Assembly (NCBI GenBank): GCA_937876355.1
Contig: CALFHN010000145.1
Location: forward strand, 55,195-119,194
Direction: 5' to 3'
From: an uncultured Bacteroidota bacterium
Lineage (GTDB): Bacteria; Bacteroidota; Rhodothermia; Rhodothermales; UBA10348
Length of the DNA stretch: 64,000 bases
This document shows positions 59,287 to 64,000 of the stretch, in pieces. The position numbers and the translations under genes are program-made. Below the pieces are notes generated by a model. That model was given only the letters and a program-made list of their open reading frames with translations. It had not been told where the DNA came from and made no database searches. Every line of letters starts with the position of its first letter. Within the stretch, counting starts at the first letter, position 1.

Positions 59287-59366
59287 GGCGCGTCGGTACC
59301 TGGGCACGTCGGTACCTGGGCACGTCGGTACCTTGGCACGTCCGTACCCAGGTATCTAGGTACCAA
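59287..59366. repeat. intergenic tandem repeat, 16-bp unit x4 with 8-bp sub-period
   Basis: GGCGCGTCGGTACCTG, GGCACGTCGGTACCTG, GGCACGTCGGTACCTT, GGCACGTCCGTACCCA, then degenerate GGTATCTA GGTACCAA. Confidence 0.9.
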
Positions 59367-59554
59367 CTTGCAAACGCATCGGAGCGAACGTGCGAACGAA
59401 TCGAAAAATCGTTCCTCCTGTCATCCTGACACGAAAAGTAGATTGGTATGCTTTTCGTATAAGCCTACAATGAGTAATTCCAAGAGAGTTACTGTCATTT
59501 AGTCGTAGGTTGTACGGTAAGGACCAAAAGCGATTATCATCGGATGAGGGACAC

Positions 59555-62197
59555 ATGAATCTCCAGAATTTTACTATTAAAGCACAAGAAGCTGTTAAAA
59601 CAGCTTCGGAAATCGCGGCCTCACACAACCATCAAGGTGTAGAGCCTCCGCACCTAATGAAGGCTTTCCTGGGAGATGTTTCTGGAATCGTGATGACAAT
59701 GCTGACCAAACTCGAGGCCAGTGTCGACCTACTTTCAGCAAAAACAGATCAGGCCTTGGAAAAACTTCCACTGGTCACAGGAGCCTCCGTTTCGGGCCAA
59801 TATGTCGGTTCTGAGGCGAAAAAAATATTCGACCGAGCTTTGGCGGAATCGAAACTGCTGAAAGATGAATATGTAGCTACGGAACACCTACTCCTCGGAT
59901 TGTCCACTTCCAAAAACGAAATTGGAGAAGCGCTTCGTCATCAAGGTGTCACAAAAGAACAAATTTTAAAGATCCTTAAGGATGTTAGGGGAAGTCAAAC
60001 CGTAACGGATCAGCATGCGGAGAGTCGCTATCTGGCTCTTGATAAGTACACCCGCAACCTAAATGATCTGGCAAACAAAGGAAAAATTGATCCGGTTATT
60101 GGGCGAGACGACGAAATTCGACGGATTCTCCAGATTCTTTCCCGGCGAACTAAAAACAATCCCATTCTTGTGGGTGAGCCTGGAGTCGGGAAAACAGCAA
60201 TTGCTGAGGGTTTGGCGATTCGAATCGTTCAAGGCGATGTACCCGAAGGACTTAAAGGAAAACGGATCCTTGCTCTTGATATGGGTTTGTTGATCGCTGG
60301 CGCCAAATACCGGGGTGAATTTGAAGATCGCCTAAAAGCAGTAGTTCGGGAAATTATTGAATCCGATGGTCAGATTGTATTGTTCATCGACGAAATTCAC
60401 ACCCTGGTTGGGGCCGGCGCAGCAGAAGGTGCCATGGACGCCGCCAATATCCTCAAGCCGGCCCTCGCGCGCGGCGAGCTGCGCGCAATTGGCGCCACTA
60501 CAATTGACGAATACCGGAAATACCTCGAAAAAGACAAGGCCTTAGAGCGGCGTTTCCAGCTTGTACGCGTCGAAGAACCCTCGGTGGAGGATACCATTTC
60601 GATTCTTCGCGGAATTAAGGAGCGCTATGAAGTACACCACGGAGTCCGCATCACGGATGGCGCCCTCGTTTCTGCCGCAGAACTGAGCCATCGTTACATT
60701 ACTGATCGATTTTTGCCGGACAAGGCTATCGACTTGATCGATGAATCCGCAGCCAAATTGCGTATTGAAATCGACTCTATGCCAGATGTTTTAGATCAAC
60801 TTGAACGGCAAATCCGACAGCTCGAAATCGAACGGGAAGGAGTAAAGCGGGAAAAAGACACTCAGAAACTGACCCAAATTGCGGAGCAGTTCGCCAACTT
60901 GGACGAAAAGAGAACGGCGCTCCGTGTGCGCTGGCACCAAGAAAAAGATCTCATCCAGACCATTCGCAAAGCCAAAGAAGACATTGAAAACCTGCGTTTA
61001 GAGGCTGAAAAGCTCGAACGCTCCGGCGATTATGGCCAGGTAGCCGAGCTGCGATACGGACAGATTCCTGCGCTTGAGGAGTCCATTGTCGATACCACAC
61101 GAAAACTGGAAGAGGTTCAAAAGCAAGGCGCGCTACTTTCAGAAGAAATTGATTCCGAAGACATTGCAGCCATTGTTGCTCGGTGGACCGGAATTCCAGT
61201 TAGCCGAATGCTCGAGAGCGAACGCGCCAAGCTCCTTCGCCTCGAGGAGACGCTTGAAAAACGAGTGGTAGGGCAGCCCGAAGCGCTGGCCGCCGTAGCA
61301 AACGCCGTCCGGCGTGGCCGGGCTGGCCTTCAAGAAAACACGAGACCTATTGGGTCATTTATATTTCTGGGCTCAACCGGCGTAGGGAAAACTGAACTGG
61401 CAAAAGCATTGGCAGAATTTTTGTTCAACGACGATAATGCTCTGGTGCGCATTGACATGAGCGAGTATCAAGAGCGCCATACAGTAAGCAGGCTCGTCGG
61501 CGCACCTCCTGGATATGTGGGATATGAAGAAGGCGGGCAGCTCAGCGAACAGGTTCGACGAAAACCATATTCGGTGGTTCTTTTAGACGAAATCGAAAAA
61601 GCCCACGCCGAAGTTTTTAATATCCTCCTACAGGTTTTGGATGATGGTCGCCTAACAGATAACAAAGGTCGCGTTATTGATTTCAAAAACACGATCATCA
61701 TAATGACGTCCAATCTAGGTGGCGAAATTATTCAAGCCCGCATGGACCCACAAAATGGCGAATTCTCAGCCCAAGACGAATCGAAATTGGAAACTGAACT
61801 TTTGGGTTTGTTAAAACAGCGTCTCCGTCCTGAATTTCTAAATCGCATCGACGACATTGTCACTTTTCATCCTCTTGGAAGAAAACAAATCCGCCAAATT
61901 GTGGATATCCAATTTGAGAACGTTCGCCGATTGGCCCTCTCAAGCAATTCGTTGGAAGTTGAACTAACCGACGCGGCCCGAGACTTCATTGCCGATACGG
62001 GTTACGATCCTACTTTTGGTGCGCGTCCGCTAAAGCGGGTAATTCAGCGTGAGATCACCAATAAATTGGCGGAGGAAGTTCTCTCAGGCTGGATCGAACC
62101 CGGAGACACCATTAAAATCGGTGTTGCCCCTAAAGGTGAAGGTCTGACATTTGAAACAATGTCTACTAAAGGAAAAAAAACAGCACGATCGACCTAG
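59555..62197 (+). CDS. clpB: ATP-dependent chaperone ClpB
   Basis: GEPGVGKT and GSTGVGKT Walker A motifs, coiled-coil middle domain, [13 protein letters not shown] and FGARPLKR. Start placed at MNLQNF. Confidence 0.97.
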   Translation: MNLQNFTIKAQEAVKTASEIAASHNHQGVEPPHLMKAFLGDVSGIVMTMLTKLEASVDLLSAKTDQALEKLPLVTGASVSGQYVGSEAKKIFDRALAESKLLKDEYVATEHLLLGLSTSKNEIGEALRHQGVTKEQILKILKDVRGSQTVTDQHAESRYLALDKYTRNLNDLANKGKIDPVIGRDDEIRRILQILSRRTKNNPILVGEPGVGKTAIAEGLAIRIVQGDVPEGLKGKRILALDMGLLIAGAKYRGEFEDRLKAVVREIIESDGQIVLFIDEIHTLVGAGAAEGAMDAANILKPALARGELRAIGATTIDEYRKYLEKDKALERRFQLVRVEEPSVEDTISILRGIKERYEVHHGVRITDGALVSAAELSHRYITDRFLPDKAIDLIDESAAKLRIEIDSMPDVLDQLERQIRQLEIEREGVKREKDTQKLTQIAEQFANLDEKRTALRVRWHQEKDLIQTIRKAKEDIENLRLEAEKLERSGDYGQVAELRYGQIPALEESIVDTTRKLEEVQKQGALLSEEIDSEDIAAIVARWTGIPVSRMLESERAKLLRLEETLEKRVVGQPEALAAVANAVRRGRAGLQENTRPIGSFIFLGSTGVGKTELAKALAEFLFNDDNALVRIDMSEYQERHTVSRLVGAPPGYVGYEEGGQLSEQVRRKPYSVVLLDEIEKAHAEVFNILLQVLDDGRLTDNKGRVIDFKNTIIIMTSNLGGEIIQARMDPQNGEFSAQDESKLETELLGLLKQRLRPEFLNRIDDIVTFHPLGRKQIRQIVDIQFENVRRLALSSNSLEVELTDAARDFIADTGYDPTFGARPLKRVIQREITNKLAEEVLSGWIEPGDTIKIGVAPKGEGLTFETMSTKGKKTARST

Positions 62198-63999
62198 TCT
62201 TGGCGCAGGAGTGTATCAACTTCAGCAAGCCGATCTGCAAATCGGGTGGGGTCCGTTTCGAACACGGATTTGGCTTGATCTAGAAGCCTAATTGCCTCTT
62301 CTTTTTTTCCGCGGATCAACAGAATCCTTCCTAAGCGTACCTGGGCCACTGCGAGGTGGTGAGGCTCAAGATCGGGCACAGATTCATACGATTGGACAGC
62401 CAGACGATATGCCCGTTCAGCCTCGGCCAAACGATTCAAAGATTCGAAAAGCTGGCCCATTTCCCCTTGAATTTGAATAAATACGGGATGGTCCAAACCA
62501 CTGCTTATGCGAATTACAGTTGCTGCTTTCAGGTAATATTCGACTGCTTTATCGAAATCACTTTTGGTTTCGTAAAGATTGGCCAACACTTGAAAATCCC
62601 GTCCGACTACAAATGAAGTCTCTCCACTTTGCTCAATATGTATCTGAGTAGATAACAAAAATAATCGTTCAGCTTCGACCAACGTACCTCTCGCCACATT
62701 CAGCCTGCCCAAGTAATTGATCGACCTGGCCGTGTCCTCATGACGTTCGCCAAAAATCGTCGTTCGAAGCTCAATGGCCTCTTTCAGCATAATTTCGGCT
62801 TCGTCAAACGCTTCGACATCGATAAGCATGCTGGCAAAATTATGTAGATTTGAAGCGTAATCGGGGCTGTTTTCGGCATCCATATCCCGGAGCATGGACA
62901 GTGCATCCCGATAAAATTGTTCTGCTTTGCCATATTCCTCCAAATCGGTATAGACCGCGCCAAGATTTGAAAGTGACTCAACTAGATTTTTGTGTGGTGA
63001 TTTTAGCAGTGACTTTCGAATGTCATATGCCTGTTGCCAAACAACCAGGTTTGAATCTGCATTGCCAGTCCAGTACAGCGCCACTCCCGCTTCGTTTAAA
63101 CTTTTGGCCACTAGTAGATTTTGTTCGCCAAACAAACGTCTTCGCATCGCCAAGGCCCCGGCATGATATTTTTTAGCCTGCTCAACCTCGCCCGCTTCAT
63201 CCAATATGTACCCCATCGCATACATTCTGTGGGCTAAGTCAGGAGAATCTACTTCGCCCAACGATTCTTGCAACTGAAGGGCTTGTTCGATCAGGGGCAG
63301 CCCCTCTTCTGCTTCGCCCAAATCAGAATAAACCATTCCGAGGACAGTCAACATTTCGCTTAACACTTCGGGCTGGTTGACCAGTTCCAACTTCATTTCG
63401 GCAGCACTCTGATCAATCAGTTCGCGAACCGAGATATCCCGGCCCCTGGAATAATTTGGATTCGCCCTTTCAAATAATCCCAAAACCAATGACTTTACTT
63501 CTTCTGACTTCTGAACTTCTAAAGCAATCTGATCCCGTTGCCGAGCCGTAATTGTTGCATATGTGAATGACACAATACTCACCGTAACCAAAGCCAAGAA
63601 TACTACAAGTCCGGCTGCAACACCGAGCTTGTTTCGCTGAATAAACCGTGTTGAACGATATTTAAACGTATCGGCTTGGGCAATTACTGGCCGGCCAGCC
63701 CGATAGTTTTCAAGGTCCTTCAGAAGTTGATCTGCAGACTGGTACCGCCTATCGGTTTCCTTGCGCAGTGCCATCAACACAATATGATCCAAATCGCCCG
63801 ATAATTGTTTTCGCAATCTATCGAGTGGCGTCCTGCGTTGGTGGGACACCGTTTCTGGATTTAGCGTTTTTTTGGGCTGAGTTTCAATTCTGGAAATCAT
63901 GGTAGAGGGCTTTTCAGGCGGCACCTCTAGAATAATTTTTTCAATTTCGCCACGTGCCTTCGTCTCAAACGTAAACGGCCTGTGCCCAGTCAGCAACTC
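62194..63999 (-). CDS. Ser/Thr protein kinase with TM helix and TPR repeats (partial, N-terminus outside window)
   Basis: LLTGHRPF...GDLDHIVLMALRKETDRRYQS kinase C-lobe, one TM, multiple TPR-like repeats. Confidence 0.9.
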   Translation of the reverse strand, partial: ELLTGHRPFTFETKARGEIEKIILEVPPEKPSTMISRIETQPKKTLNPETVSHQRRTPLDRLRKQLSGDLDHIVLMALRKETDRRYQSADQLLKDLENYRAGRPVIAQADTFKYRSTRFIQRNKLGVAAGLVVFLALVTVSIVSFTYATITARQRDQIALEVQKSEEVKSLVLGLFERANPNYSRGRDISVRELIDQSAAEMKLELVNQPEVLSEMLTVLGMVYSDLGEAEEGLPLIEQALQLQESLGEVDSPDLAHRMYAMGYILDEAGEVEQAKKYHAGALAMRRRLFGEQNLLVAKSLNEAGVALYWTGNADSNLVVWQQAYDIRKSLLKSPHKNLVESLSNLGAVYTDLEEYGKAEQFYRDALSMLRDMDAENSPDYASNLHNFASMLIDVEAFDEAEIMLKEAIELRTTIFGERHEDTARSINYLGRLNVARGTLVEAERLFLLSTQIHIEQSGETSFVVGRDFQVLANLYETKSDFDKAVEYYLKAATVIRISSGLDHPVFIQIQGEMGQLFESLNRLAEAERAYRLAVQSYESVPDLEPHHLAVAQVRLGRILLIRGKKEEAIRLLDQAKSVFETDPTRFADRLAEVDTLLRQD

Positions 64000-64000
64000 A

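Noticed and set aside
59287-59366. Possible CRISPR array
   Set aside because: The units are contiguous 16-mers with no unique spacers, and no cas genes are present.
1-64000. tRNA, rRNA, transposase, integrase, prophage or defence genes
   Set aside because: None recognised; nearly all the sequence is accounted for by identifiable CDSs and short intergenic regions.

Overview
Gene-dense chromosomal window of about 48% GC. It most likely comes from a Rhodothermota/Bacteroidota-type bacterium, based on two T9SS C-terminal-domain proteins, a short Bacteroidota-type sigma-70 factor, TAnnTTTG -7 promoter elements and folP-cdaA linkage. Contents: housekeeping genes (nuoI, der, uppP, rqcH, folP, cdaA, pcm, deoB, ftsX, nnr, tonB, clpB), amino-acid catabolism (hutUHI, ald, gdh, short asparaginase), and a copper/nitrite theme (two nirK paralogues, one fused to cytochrome c, plus NirV/FGE-like, SCO, a CusCBA-type efflux system and a Met-repeat cytochrome c). 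I saw no rRNA, tRNA, CRISPR array or mobile element. Best leads: (1) a KamA-type radical-SAM aminomutase with altered substrate-binding residues, translationally coupled to an ATP-grasp ligase; (2) a candidate sigma-54-transcribed structured small RNA of about 160 nt, lying between two near-identical -24/-12 promoters upstream of a large T9SS protein; (3) deoB co-oriented with two orphan microcompartment vertex genes; (4) a shared 22-bp motif upstream of both nirK copies, plus alternative RNA folds upstream of the second; (5) an apparent deletion fusing rsbW-STAS to a PrsW-like C-terminus. All family calls come from motif recognition by eye, not database searches.
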